Positions 40,021 to 52,212 of a stretch of 64,000 nucleotides of DNA are shown one piece after another. The stretch is from the NCBI GenBank assembly GCA_964247055.1, contig OZ176055.1:5766001-5830000 (forward strand). Reading direction: 5' to 3'. How positions within the stretch are numbered: the first letter of the stretch is position 1; the number at the start of each line of letters is the position of its first letter. The stretch is from Paragordius varius (taxonomy: Eukaryota; Animalia; Nematomorpha). Both the position numbers and the translations under genes were made by a program. A model generated the notes under the pieces. It was not told the origin of the DNA, did no database searches, and worked only from the letters and a program-made list of their open reading frames with translations.

Positions 40021-41418
40021 TATTTTTGAAGAGCAAAAATGGAACTTTCGGAGCTTACATCTAAAATTTAAAATGATTTTATGTTGTGCTTTATAGATTT
40101 ATGTATATCCTAGTGATATATTTGAGTTGCTTTCGCAAAAAAAAATTTATTTGAAGAAATGTGCGCACATTTCGCCATTTTCTGATATGGATCACTTTGC
40201 ACAAAAGTGAAAATAGCATTCTTATATCACTACTAAGGGCCTAAACCAAAAGGATTATGCTTATTATGATACATTTACTTATCACAATATATATATTTAT
40301 CAGGTTATATTTTATAACCTTTGATTTTGGACGCAGTATTAATTAAAAATGTTACAATTATTAAAGGTTTTTAATTGCTAGAGTTCCAGATAGCTCCGAT
40401 CCCCGATTAAAATGAACAATTGATATAATCACTCCTGTGAATATATTAAGTTAGTATTTATCTACTTAAAGCAGCGGTTTTTAACTCTGCCTCTATCATT
40501 ATAAAAATTATATAAATAAGGCAAAATATGTAATTTAAATTTAGTTTCATCCTTTTTTATTTCACAAAATTTTTGCAGAATATCGTGGTTTATAGATTCT
40601 AACTCCCAAATTAAGGCTAAATTTTTATTTAAATAAAATCTAACATTGATAAAACAGTAAAATTAGTTTATTCATAATTTTTTTATTTATTATAACTCCA
40701 TTATCTAGGATATGCTAGAGAGATTTGAAATTTATATATATTAAAAAAATGTATTAAGCGGAATTTAGAAATATTCTGTCCTTAGCTTTAGCGCATTATA
40801 CAAAATTTATCTTATATAATGTGAAATCGTAAAATAATCCTCATCTCAAACTTTTTTGCCGCCATTTTTTTCTATAATTTTTTAAACTCTTTAATGCAAC
40901 AGGCAATAAATGTATAATATGGTTAGAAAATGTAAATAATTAATTTGAAGCTTTCAGGCCACATTTTACCAGCAAAAATTAATATATTTTGATTTAAATA
41001 TCAGCTGTTCGTATCCGCGTTTTACTTTATTCAATACACGAGGATAATATTTGATAATTAATTTTTAACTAAAATAACAGGTTGTTTATTTACCAGATTG
41101 AGCTCTGGGAAATAAAACTGCCTCAAAAGGTTTACTAGGATAAGAAATGTAAAAAGATAATGGTGTTAATGCACACATAACTTGACTAATTATTTACCTT
41201 GAGGTGTATCCATAAAATAATTAATATTATATGCATATCTTTTTTTACGGTGCATCAATATTAAAGTGAGAATTTTTGCAATTGTTTCAATTTGTTCCAT
41301 ATTTTTAGAAATATTTAAAAGACCCAAATATTAATCGGGTGATAAATATTATTTATCCAAGTGTTAAAATCAATTAATATCAGAAATTTGCTGGTAAATT
41401 GTAATTAAAAAGCTTTGA

Positions 41419-42805
41419 CCTATGGATGCAACACATTCATTTTAATCCTTCGATTCAAATTGGGGTAGTTGGATACCCCATGCCTGTTTAAAATCAAATA
41501 CCTGAAAAAGTATGGAAGGAATCGAAACCATGGCAAAATTTTGCGCTTTATAACATTAATAAACCGAAATATATAAAAAAAATCAAAAATACTTGATATT
41601 ACTTATTTTAACACTTGGATACAACACATTCATTTTAGTCCTTCGATTTAATTGGGGTAGTTAAATACCCCAGCCCTGTTTAAAATTAAGTTCTTAAAAA
41701 TATGGAATGAATCGAAACCATGGTAAAATCTTGCACTTGTATAACATTAATAAACCGAAATATATAAAAAATTTTATTCAAAAATACTTGATATTACTTA
41801 TTTTAACCTAAAACCGAAAGGTAATACTTAACGTGACATGTGTGTAATGGTAAAATTGAAAAATAATGCAAAATAAATCGCGTTTTCTATTTCTATCAAT
41901 GCTAGATGTAATATAAATAAAAAATTAGCTTTAATTTTACCCTTAAAATTAAATGAAGACGATATTTTGCAAAAATTTAGTAAAATAAAAATGGCGGCGA
42001 AGTAGTTTGACATGGAACTTTTTTTCAAAACAAAATTTTATCAAGATATGGCATATTTATATAATTTTTATTAGGATAGAAACATAAATTTAAATTGGGG
42101 CCGTTTCCTTCAGTAGTTTTTTAAAAATATTAAATTAAATTTAGCTTGGGGCATTTAGATACCCCAATTTGAATCGAAGTGTTAATTAAAAATTTTTATC
42201 AACTCAAAATTTGATTAAAATATTCGATCGTCTTTATTAACACTTGGGTGTAGCATATTCATTTTAGTCCTTCGATTCGAATCGGGGTAGTTAAATACCC
42301 CTGACCTGTTTAAAATAAAATTATTTAAAAAATATGGAAGGAATCGATACCATTGCAAATTTTTCACTTATATAACAATAATAAACCGAAATATATAAAA
42401 AAAATTTTTCAAAAATGCTTGACATCACTTATTTTAAGCTAAAACCAGGTAAAAATTTAGTCAACGTGCCATATGTGCAATGATAAAATTGAATAATAAA
42501 ATAAACCGCTCTTCTATTTCTATCAATGTTAGATGTAATTTAAAAAATATTTACCTTTAATTTTACCACCTTAAAATAAATTTAGACGATATTGTGCAAA
42601 AATTTTGTAAAATGAATATGGCGTCGAAGTAGTTTGACATGGAACTTTTTTTTCAAAATTTTATTTAGATATTTTAACATATTTATATATTTTTTATAAG
42701 GATTGAAGCATAAATTTAAATTGGCACCGTTTCCTTCAGTAGTTTTTTTAATCCTAACTAAAATTTAGTCTGGGGTATTTAGATACTCCAATTTGAATCG
42801 AGGGG
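41419..42805 (+). mobile_element. Cluster of three piggyBac-type MITE copies (partial ~41419-41611; complete 41612-42181 and 42241-42805)
   Basis: Same terminal motifs as 33136-33678, with TTAA at 41608-11, 42182-85, 42237-40 and 42806-09. Confidence 0.85.
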
Positions 42806-44364
42806 TTAAATGTAAATCGAATGTAGTGTTGTATAAATTCAACAAATTTGTTAAGAAATCGATACTTTAAAATATAAATCTTAAGCGATGGAAATGTTCA
42901 GCATCAATTATCTAGAAAAAAATGTTTTCATAATATATAAAGCGATTTTAAACCGTTTAGATCATCCTCAAAGTACGCTTCAACCAAATTTTCTAAAAAT
43001 CAAATTTTTGAACGTGTAAGCTCAAAAAATATTTTTTGTTGATGCAAAGTAAATATTTAAACTTTATCGTACGATAGTGGCATTGTTGCATTTTTAAGAG
43101 AATAAATTTTAGAAGAAATGTGATTTTAGGAGACCACATTTTAAAATATAGTATTGATTTTTTAGGTAGTTTTTATAATTATATGGAATAAGGCATTTAT
43201 CTTTCAACATAAAAAAATGTGAAAATTTTTTGCATTTTCTCATATAGAGCACTTACCACAAAAGTGTAAATAGCTTTCTTTATAACTCGTAAGAGCCAAA
43301 ACCAAAAGTTTATAATAATTCTGATAGATTTTCCTATCATATATATTTCATCAGCTATTCTGATTTCGGACACAGTACATTTATTTCCATATTGTTTTCT
43401 CGTTCTAATAAAATTTAAGAAAAAATTGACGGCAAAAAATTTTGATTTTATTCCTTCCAATTTTATAAATTTTTTAAAATTATATTTTAGAACATTTTTA
43501 TAATTGGTTCACTGTTTGAAATGTCTTTTTAGATAATTCATTTAAAATACCCACAAGGTTCAGCTTTAAATTTGCTTTTATAATATAATTTATGATATAT
43601 ATTTATATTTTTATGATATTTTTCAAATATAAATTTTAAATATTTTTGCATTATAAATAAATAATACAAAATTAGTAATTTGTCCTTGTAAGGCTAAAAT
43701 AAGCACCATAAATTTGATATATTTTACTATTAGAATATATTACCAGAATATTGTAATCTCCAGAAGTTTTAAGTTTATATAATATTTAAACCTTGGCTAA
43801 TTTCGGCAATAATTTTTCCGACTTTTTTTACCTGTTACATGTGTATATAGGGCGAAATAAATCTTAGAAAATATTTTAATAAAAAAAATTATAAAAGATT
43901 TTGATTAAACATAATCAAGATTTTATAGTAATAAGAAAGCTTTTTTTATTCAGAGGGGTGTAGCTCTAGAGGTAGCTCTACTTATAAATCTAAGAATTTT
44001 TTTTATATTATATTGTTTGCCGGTTTGAAATTTTTAATTTTGATAAAATGTGGCGGTTAAGTATGAGATGAGAAAAACATCTTATAATTCTTTTTGTGAA
44101 ATTTGTTTGAAAGGTAATATAACACATACTCTTTTGCTATGAGACAAGGCTTTTATTAGCCTTAAAACATTAAACAAACCCCGGTTATTGCTATAATTTT
44201 AAATTTTTTATAAATCTTTTTAAAATTAATAAAACAAATCAAATAAATACTAAAGCTTTTAAATAAACTATATTAACTATCACTGAATATTATAATATAT
44301 TTTTATAAATAATTTTAACAGATTATTTAAATCAATTATATTGGCTAGTTTGTGATTTTTCAAC

Positions 44365-47300
44365 ATGGGCGAACGAACACAGTTATTTGTTGGACGTCTA
44401 AGCAAAGATGTAAGAGTCAAAGATTTGGAAAATATATTCGCTCCATACGGTCGCATGCTTAGATGTGATATTAAATACGGAGTAGGAACAGGTATATTTA
44501 TATGTTTTAAAATTTAGCTTATGCTTTTGTTGATTACGACGACCGAAGAGATGCTGAGGTAAGATTGAATGTACGTTAATTTAAATATATTTTACGATAC
44601 ATAAATTAAATAATCAAGAACCTAAGTTTGATTTTTTTATATATATGATTAAATACAATATATAGCCTTGATTAATGATAAGGCCCATGTGCATTGATGC
44701 TTTTACCTGATTAAAAGAGACATCCGCACTATGATATTTGTACATGGGCATGCGATAGTCTAATTGATTTTTTCATCGACATGACCCAGTGTTTCCACTT
44801 TTGATATGACATGATATCTTTAAAGTCCATGTAAATAACTGTATTCAAGCATTTCTAATTTTTACTTGCTACTCAACATATAAACATTAGTGTTAAATTC
44901 CATTATCTTTTATATAAATATATATCCCATATTTAGGATGCCATCCGTTATGAAAACGGTCGTACCTTGCTTGGCAGTCGTATGGTTGTTGAACTTGCTA
45001 AAGGCCGCAATTATAAAGCCCCTGCATCCAGGGTACCATATTCATTTTTTACATAATTTATACTTTTAGTTACATTCAATTTTTTTCTTTTTCCAAGAAT
45101 GGTGGAGTCGACGAATGTTACAAATGCCATCGATCTGGTCATTGGGCTCGAGATTGCCCCGATGAGGATCGCTATAGCGGCCGAGACGGTTATGGCGGAG
45201 GACGCGGTGATTACAATAGAGGGGGTTATGGCCGTTCTAATCGTAGATCTCGATCTCGTTCTGATTCTCGCGGACGTAGAAGTTATCGTGATCGAAGGTA
45301 TTTATTTATCATAAGTATATATTGTTAGTTTTTAGATAGTATATGCAGCAAAGATAAATATTTTTACATCGTAATCTCTCGCTATTTTCCAATTATATTA
45401 AGCTCTTTGCTGTGTTAGGCAGTTTTAATTTATATAATTACAGTCATGTATATGTAGAATTGACAAACATTCGTTTTTAAATGATTAAAATTTGTTTTTA
45501 ATTGTTTTGATGTTTATGTCAACTTTCAACATAAGGCTTAAAAATGCGCATGTTGAACAAACATCAAAACAATTAAAAAAAATTATAATCATTTAAAAAC
45601 GAATGTTTGTCAATTCTACATATACATGACTGTATTATGAAGAAGTTATGGTATAAGGCAAAAGAATAGGGTATAATGAATACGAATGGCATCAATTTAT
45701 TGTAAAATTTACATTGCTCGCTATGTAAGTTTCTGCGTTATTTTTCAATTATTTTTTTTGCTATTAGTTAGTTTTACCGCTGTATTACATAATCATCATT
45801 TAGAGTGTAAAAAACATTTTATAATTCGCTCATTATTGTTTGTTTGTACCGCACTATATTAATACAGTTTTAATATACATAACATTGTTTCTTTAGAAAT
45901 AGCCAAGCAAAATAATTCCATCGTGTTTGATAAACATAATTTATAATTAAACCACGCATATTTGTTTTTACAGTACTTTATCAGTGCCGCTCTGATTTAT
46001 GAAATAGCATAAGAAATCCATTTTTTTGTGTTCATAAACATAATTTTAAACCAGCCATTTTTTGTTTTTACAGTACTTTATTATTGGAGGAAGCCGCTTT
46101 GATCATATAATACATTTTTTTCTTAACATACATATGAAATAGTCGAAGCCGGGATCGCAGACGTGTAAGTAGAAGTAGGAGTCGAAATGATCGTCGCAAA
46201 AGACGAAGTCCCAGCACCCGGAGTCGCAGTAGAAGTCGCGACGCCGATCGCCACAAACGCACGCGTCACAGTTCTTCTGGCGATGATCGAAGGAAAAATA
46301 ACCGAAGGAGCGCGTAATTACTTTTTCATTTTTTAATATGCGTGTAATTAGAATTTGACATACTCAAATTTTAAATAATGTCATAATTCTTTGAAAAAAA
46401 TACTGTTTCGTTTTTTTTATTAATATAGTATATGAAAGACACCGGGGTCGGTTATATAAATTTTATTTATTGCAATAGCTCTAGCCAAGATAAATCTCGC
46501 ACCAGAAGTCGTAGTACAAGTAAGCGGGACACTTCAGTCACGGCTCGCAATGGAAAGCGTCACTCCTCAGGCTCACGGAGCCCAAGTCATAAAAGTCGCC
46601 GAAGTGTCGAATCTACTGGGAAAGATAAATCGCGCACTCGATCTAAATCCCCGTCTAGAGCGAAAAGTTCACGATCACGAAGTCCAGCGGTTGCTCACGC
46701 AGCGCACAGTAAATCCCGAGATAAAAGCTTCAGCGCAGAAAAAGACAGTCGTCATCATAGATCAATTGATCGAATGGAAAAGGATGATGGCGGCAGTAAA
46801 AGCGTAAGCAGGGATAGAAGTCAAGGTTTTTATATTATTTATCTTAAGCTTTGCATTTTGGTCTGTAAGATTCGAGTCGTAATTGGGCATTGTTTTTGAC
46901 ATATTGAAAAAGCCGTTTGAGTGTAGATATTGCAGTTAATCTCAGTCATAACTAGTCAGTTGATGTTACAAATGCGAATTTGTGTTAAAAATTGATTTTC
47001 ATTAGACCGATTTTTTGATATTTCTATTAAAATAAAACTTTTTATTAAATAAACGTAATTACTAGTTCCATTATTTAACCATCATGTCCTTTTTATAACA
47101 TTATGAGATAAGTAAATATTGGAGGTTTAACTGATAATTTTTATAGCATCACGGTCATATGAATGCATTTTCAAACCGTTTAAAACCAAGCCTTATTTCG
47201 ATTCTACATATAATCTGTGATTAACATTAGATAAGAGAAGTCATAGCAGTATGCGCGAGGAAGAAAAAAGTCGTTCCCATCATTCCTCAGATAACGATGA

Positions 47301-47448
47301 TGATGATGGCGACGACCAAAATGATTCATCTAAAAATAAAAGTGATGAATCCCCGCGTAGTCAAAGGAGTGCCAGTCCTTCACGTTCTGTCACGCCAGAT
47401 AGCAAGGAATATGCCCAAGACCATGACACTAACACTATGGATGAATGA
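44365..47448 (+). CDS. SR splicing factor with an RRM, a CCHC zinc knuckle and a long RS domain (SRSF7/RSZ-like architecture)
   Basis: Exons 44365-44491, 44518-44558, 44937-45032, 45098-45297, 46143-46313, 46479-46825, 47231-47448. QLFVGRL (RNP2), AYAFVDY (RNP1), CYKCHRSGHWARDC knuckle, and RS/RD repeats. Exact orthology is not assigned. Confidence 0.9.
45441..45632. mobile_element. Tc1/mariner-type palindromic MITE in SR gene intron 4
   Basis: TA|CAGTCATGTATATGTAG ... CTACATATACATGACTG|TA. Arms of ~80 bp are nearly perfectly complementary. Confidence 0.8.
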
Positions 47449-49221
47449 TTATTTCCTCCTGAACCACACAAACATCCTTAATGTTATATATTGATTAAAC
47501 GTTTACTCCGTTTCCATGTGTAAATAAATTCTGATGTATTCATCTTTTTACATGATTAGTGTGTATTCTTCTTTGATACAATTTTTTAACAAATGCTATT
47601 CGTTTTTATCCCTTAGCACAATAGACGTAAATTTAATAAGTTTTAGGCCAATTTTTCTGTACACCAGAGTGTTTTAAATATAATATATAAAGTTTGGGCT
47701 ATTTTTATAACGAGCAAAGCTTGACATTTGACTGAAACGATATTTGTAATTGGTATTACCCTAACTGTAATTAAATGATTTTAATTTTATTCCTATCAAT
47801 ATTTATTCAAAATAATAAGTTGGTAAAAAAAGAAATATAAATTTTTTATCAACAATTTAAAAAACATCTCTCAAAATTTCGTTTCTTCGCTAATAGCTGA
47901 GATATAATCAATCTCTAAACTAGGAAAGTTTTAATAATAACCTTCAGTATGTATAGGCTTATTTAAGTTGGGTATAAATATTTAATTGGTGCGATAACAT
48001 ATTTTAGCGCTTTTTGGACGCCTTTGAGTTTTCTAAAAAGTATATTTGTTGCAAAACATTGATTTTATTAATTTTTAGTCATGAAATCATTTTTATTAAG
48101 CTTTTAAAATTTCAGAAATATGAAATATTGTTCAATAAAAGCGTTAAACATTGGCGTTGAATTTACGACAAAGTTATAGCCTTAAACCTAACCAATAATT
48201 GGCAAAAAGCGTACCATCTTCCGAAACTTATATTTGTTGAATATTATGAAAATATAACTTAATTATGACAAAAACTTATTTAAACATCCAATTTTTAATG
48301 GACATTTTTTAACATATACAACATGTATCATTAAATTAAAAATTTAATTTATTTTTATATAATCTCGAAATTCCATGAATTATGGTTCAAGTTCAGATTA
48401 TCACTATTGCCGTTTTCAAAAAATATTTTAATAAAAATGAATCTAAGTCATTGCATATTGCAAACATAGATTCTAATGTTTGATTAATCGATTCCGGATT
48501 AGGTTATTCAATAATAAACAATATATGACTAAAAAATTATTCATTTAGAGAACAAGCCATATAGCAAGTACGTGTAAGAACGACCCCGATGACATTTTGA
48601 TCAGCAAAATACCCCAAAAATTAAAAAAATGCCAAAATCCAAAACTGTATTGCACATTTCATAAACATTTATTGACATCAATAGGCCATTTAAAAAAGCA
48701 CTAGTTCGGTTTTTTGCTTTCACTTTGCGCGCCAATTAAAACAATTTTTAAATGATATTCTTAATATTTAATATTCAAATCCTTTTTTACTAACAATGGC
48801 ATTTATAACCGATAGAGAACATGTAGTTGGTTAAGTTCAGGATATATACAAGTTTTCATAATTTTTTTACAAAAAATAGCTCCAAGTTTTTAATTTATTG
48901 AAATTATATTTCTATAAAATAGAAACTATAAATGTTTTCAAATAATACTCCTGTAAAAATTTATGTAAATGGAACTCGCATTAATTTTCCCGTTTTCCCC
49001 ACCTCTAAAAATAAACAAATTTGATTTTAACTATTTTTTTAAATAAATATTAACAACTCTTGATATTAGTAAAATAATATTTCATTTTAGTCAATTATAT
49101 CACTAATATATATAACTAACTAAAAGGCTTAGTCCTATAAAAAGGGTAAAATTTAATCAATCTAAAAAAATTTAATCAACATTCTTCGATTTTAAAAATA
49201 GACATATGTGTGCAAATTAAC

Positions 49222-51311
49222 CTTTATCAATAGCATAGGAGCTAACATCTTTTCCCTTCAAAATATCCTCATCCAAATAACCTTGACCACTGACAAACTT
49301 CTCTGGACTTTTCAAAAGGGTCAAACAAGCATCCGCCATAATTTGAGGGTTTCTGCAAAATTTCGCACTCTGTTTACCGGCCACCATGGAAAGAGAATCC
49401 GTAAATATACCTAAAACGGTTAAAGCACAATAATTAAAAATTTAGCAATCAATTGAAACACAAAATTAAAATGTGTTAAGCGACACTTAATTTACTTTAT
49501 GATATACCAAATTTAATACTGAGGCGAAAAAAACTAATCTTTTATAAAATTACATAGGGCAATAATTGTCCTTAATTGTAATGATTTTATTAATTTTGTT
49601 ATAGTATTTATAGGTCCTGAATTCACTATGAATTTTAGTTTACTTACTGCTACCGAAAACCATTAATAACAAAAATAAAACTGTTATTAAAAAATATTAA
49701 ATAAAATAAAATATTAATATAATGCGAATAATAATGCAAATTTGTGGTATTTTAATAATTTTGTTGTTGAAAACTACATAGAAATAGAGGAACCATATTT
49801 GGGCCAAAGGGAAAAAGCTTTAATTTGTCTCTCCTTAAATTCCCCGGCCAATCCAACCGTTAACATTGATGTCAAGTATTTGGTTGCGGTATATCCAATC
49901 TTTTGAGAGAAATCTTTAACAAGAGCCGATTTGGGATTTAACAAGGGTGGACTTATATTAATGATTGTTGCAATCGAAGTTGTGGGCATGTAAGGAATAC
50001 ATAATTTAGATCTATAAAACAATATTTACATTAAATATTGAATTATAGATTTATAGGTGATATATCGAGATTTCGCTAAAAATATAACTTAACCAAATTT
50101 TAAACAACAAAAATAAAAACTTAACTATCTCAATATTTTGCAAATAAACAAGCGCTTAAATAATAATTATTATTATAATTTTTTAATTTTAAATAAATAT
50201 AACGATTCAAAAATCAAAGTATCATAAAACCAAAAAAAGGGGATAAAAAATCAAAACATACAATATGTAAGGGGCGCGTGTGTTCACGGCATGCATATAA
50301 TTGAAATCCTGAGACGTAAATGAAGTCGCTTTTCCAAATTTTACAACACCGGCATTGTTGATCAAATAATCGATTTCTAACACATATTACAATTATCAAA
50401 ATATGATTATCCAGAAAAAATATAATAATAGGGAAAACCTTAATATATTAGACTTATCATTGATTTTCCTATACAACCTATGATTACAATTATGTGAAAT
50501 GTAAAACTAAATGTTAACAATTTATATATACCATTTGCACTTCATGTTGGTCCTTGGACACGTTAAATTGGTCCTTAAACACCTGATGTTGGTCCCTGAA
50601 CACTTCAATTGCTCCTTGAACACTTCAAGTTGCTCTTTCAGCATTTTCTTTTATTTTTATCTTTTATAAATCAAACCATGTATCATTCATCTTTTTATAT
50701 CATTATTACCCTATTATATTTATTTAACCTAAACGTTTGAATCAAAATGAACTTTTTATCATTCAAAAACCGTATATTTTTATTAATTTCGTAAAAAACA
50801 TTTTAATATTAATAAGATTATAAGAGCTAATTAAAAAATAATTAGTTTTCTATGTTAATAAAACCAATATTTCGTTTTAGTTAATAATATTTAATTAAAA
50901 AAATTGTTCATAAAAAAGTGGTTTTCAAATGAATAATATTAATTTTATAATTGAATAAATATATAATAATAAAATATATAAATAACAACAAAAATTATGG
51001 TTAAATCCAAACTTAAAAAATTTAAGGACAAATTTGAATTGTTGAAGGGCCAATTTGAAGTGTTTAAGGACGCTGGTATAATTATTCCTAACTAATTCGC
51101 AAAAAAACTTTTTTTATAGAAAATATTATTATTCTTGGTATATTTTTAAATCATAATACAAAGCACGAATCGGGTAAAAGCCAAATAATTATTAGTTTAA
51201 ATAACTTTAAACTTTTATAACGAGACACCATATCTTCTACACCATTTTGTAATTGATCAACCCTAGCCACATCAATTGTATATGTATGGATTATACCATT
51301 TTGATCGCTGA
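49222..51311 (-). CDS. HSDL2: Hydroxysteroid dehydrogenase-like 2 family SDR, partial (first and last exons not located)
   Basis: Exons 51311-51213, 50376-50262, 50011-49794, 49410-49222, all phase-consistent. IDYLINNAG, VNTRAPYILSKLCIPY, INISPPL, YTATKY (YxxxK), LWPK, CRNPQIMADA..DEDIL match HSDL2 motifs from memory. Confidence 0.8.
50531..51076. repeat. Intronic element with ~20-21-bp subterminal repeats in inverted orientation
   Basis: Five copies of TTG(G/C)TCC(T/C)T(G/A)(A/G)ACAC.. at 50547-50640, and 2-3 reverse-complement copies at ~51020-51070. Confidence 0.5.
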
Positions 51312-51494
51312 CTGTAATATTATATACGTATATAAAAAATGGTTTACAAATTTAAAAACCATGATAATTTCCTACAATGATTGTCTAATAGAATTTAACG
51401 ATTTTGGCATATATTTTTACGCTATAAAAATTATACCATATCAAAAGCTTGTATTGTAATGGTAAATGACGGATTGATTATGTTTTTTTAAAAA

Positions 51495-51769
51495 CAGTTG
51501 TTTAATTTGTATAAAAATGATAAACGATAATTATATAGAAAATTAATTGAATAATTATAAACAGAAAATATAAAACTATATGTGAAACCCTTCGTCAATA
51601 GTAATCGCAACCCCAAGTCAAATAGTTGTGTCGTATTGATGAGTGCGAATAGTCTGCGATTACTATTGACGAAGGGTTTCACACATCGTTTCATAATTTC
51701 TGTTTATAATTATTCAATTAATTTTCTATTCAATTATCGTTTATCATTATTATACGGATTGAACAGCTG
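51495..51769. mobile_element. Palindromic MITE-like element (~115-bp arms, 45-nt loop)
   Basis: The arms include TGTGAAACCCTTCGTCAATAGTAATCGCA / TGCGATTACTATTGACGAAGGGTTTCACA. Termini are CAG(T/C)TGTT. TSD unclear. Confidence 0.75.
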
Positions 51770-52020
51770 TTATTACAAAAAGCTAATTCTGGTAAAATCA
51801 CCAAATTCAGATTAACAACACATTGGATTCTGGTTTAATTACATGATCATGTTACATGGATATTGATAAAGGTAAAAAAACGAACACGGCTATAATATAT
51901 TTAATCATATGTTCCAAATGTCGCTTGCATTTTACTCTAAACCTACCCGTTAAAATAACCGCGAACGGAGAAAAATGTGTGTTTTCGGATCAGTCATGTC
52001 CTCTCAAAAATAAATTAAAT

Positions 52021-52212
52021 TCAATCTGTGATCGGGCGCATACTTTTCCCGACGCTCCAACCTGGCCCGTATTTGCTTTTTATATACACAGGCTGATTAA
52101 TAGCAGTGCATTGTAGATTCTCTTTGTCCTTCTTGCCACCATACATGTAAGAAGTTCCAAACTTTTCGTTGGCTCTTATGAACGCCTTTCCGGAACTATA
52201 TCCTGTACCCAT
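52021..52212 (-). other. Short coding-like ORF with two G-[YW]-S-x-G-K motifs, weakly reminiscent of SHIPPO/ODF3-type repeats
   Basis: ORF contains GTGYSSGK and YGPGWSVGKSMR, and is GC-richer than its flanks. No flanking exons were resolved. Confidence 0.25.

Noticed and set aside
45099-46807. ORFs 45099-45314, 46068-46262 (-) and 46550-46807
   Set aside because: Alternative-frame or antisense shadows of the SR gene's RS-rich exons.
51391-51446. Two apparent 15-nt GT-AG introns upstream of HSDL2 (GTATAATTTTTATAG; GTTAAATTCTATTAG)
   Set aside because: Removing them does not yield recognisable SDR sequence, and such motifs arise easily in AT-rich DNA. They are not counted among the tiny introns.
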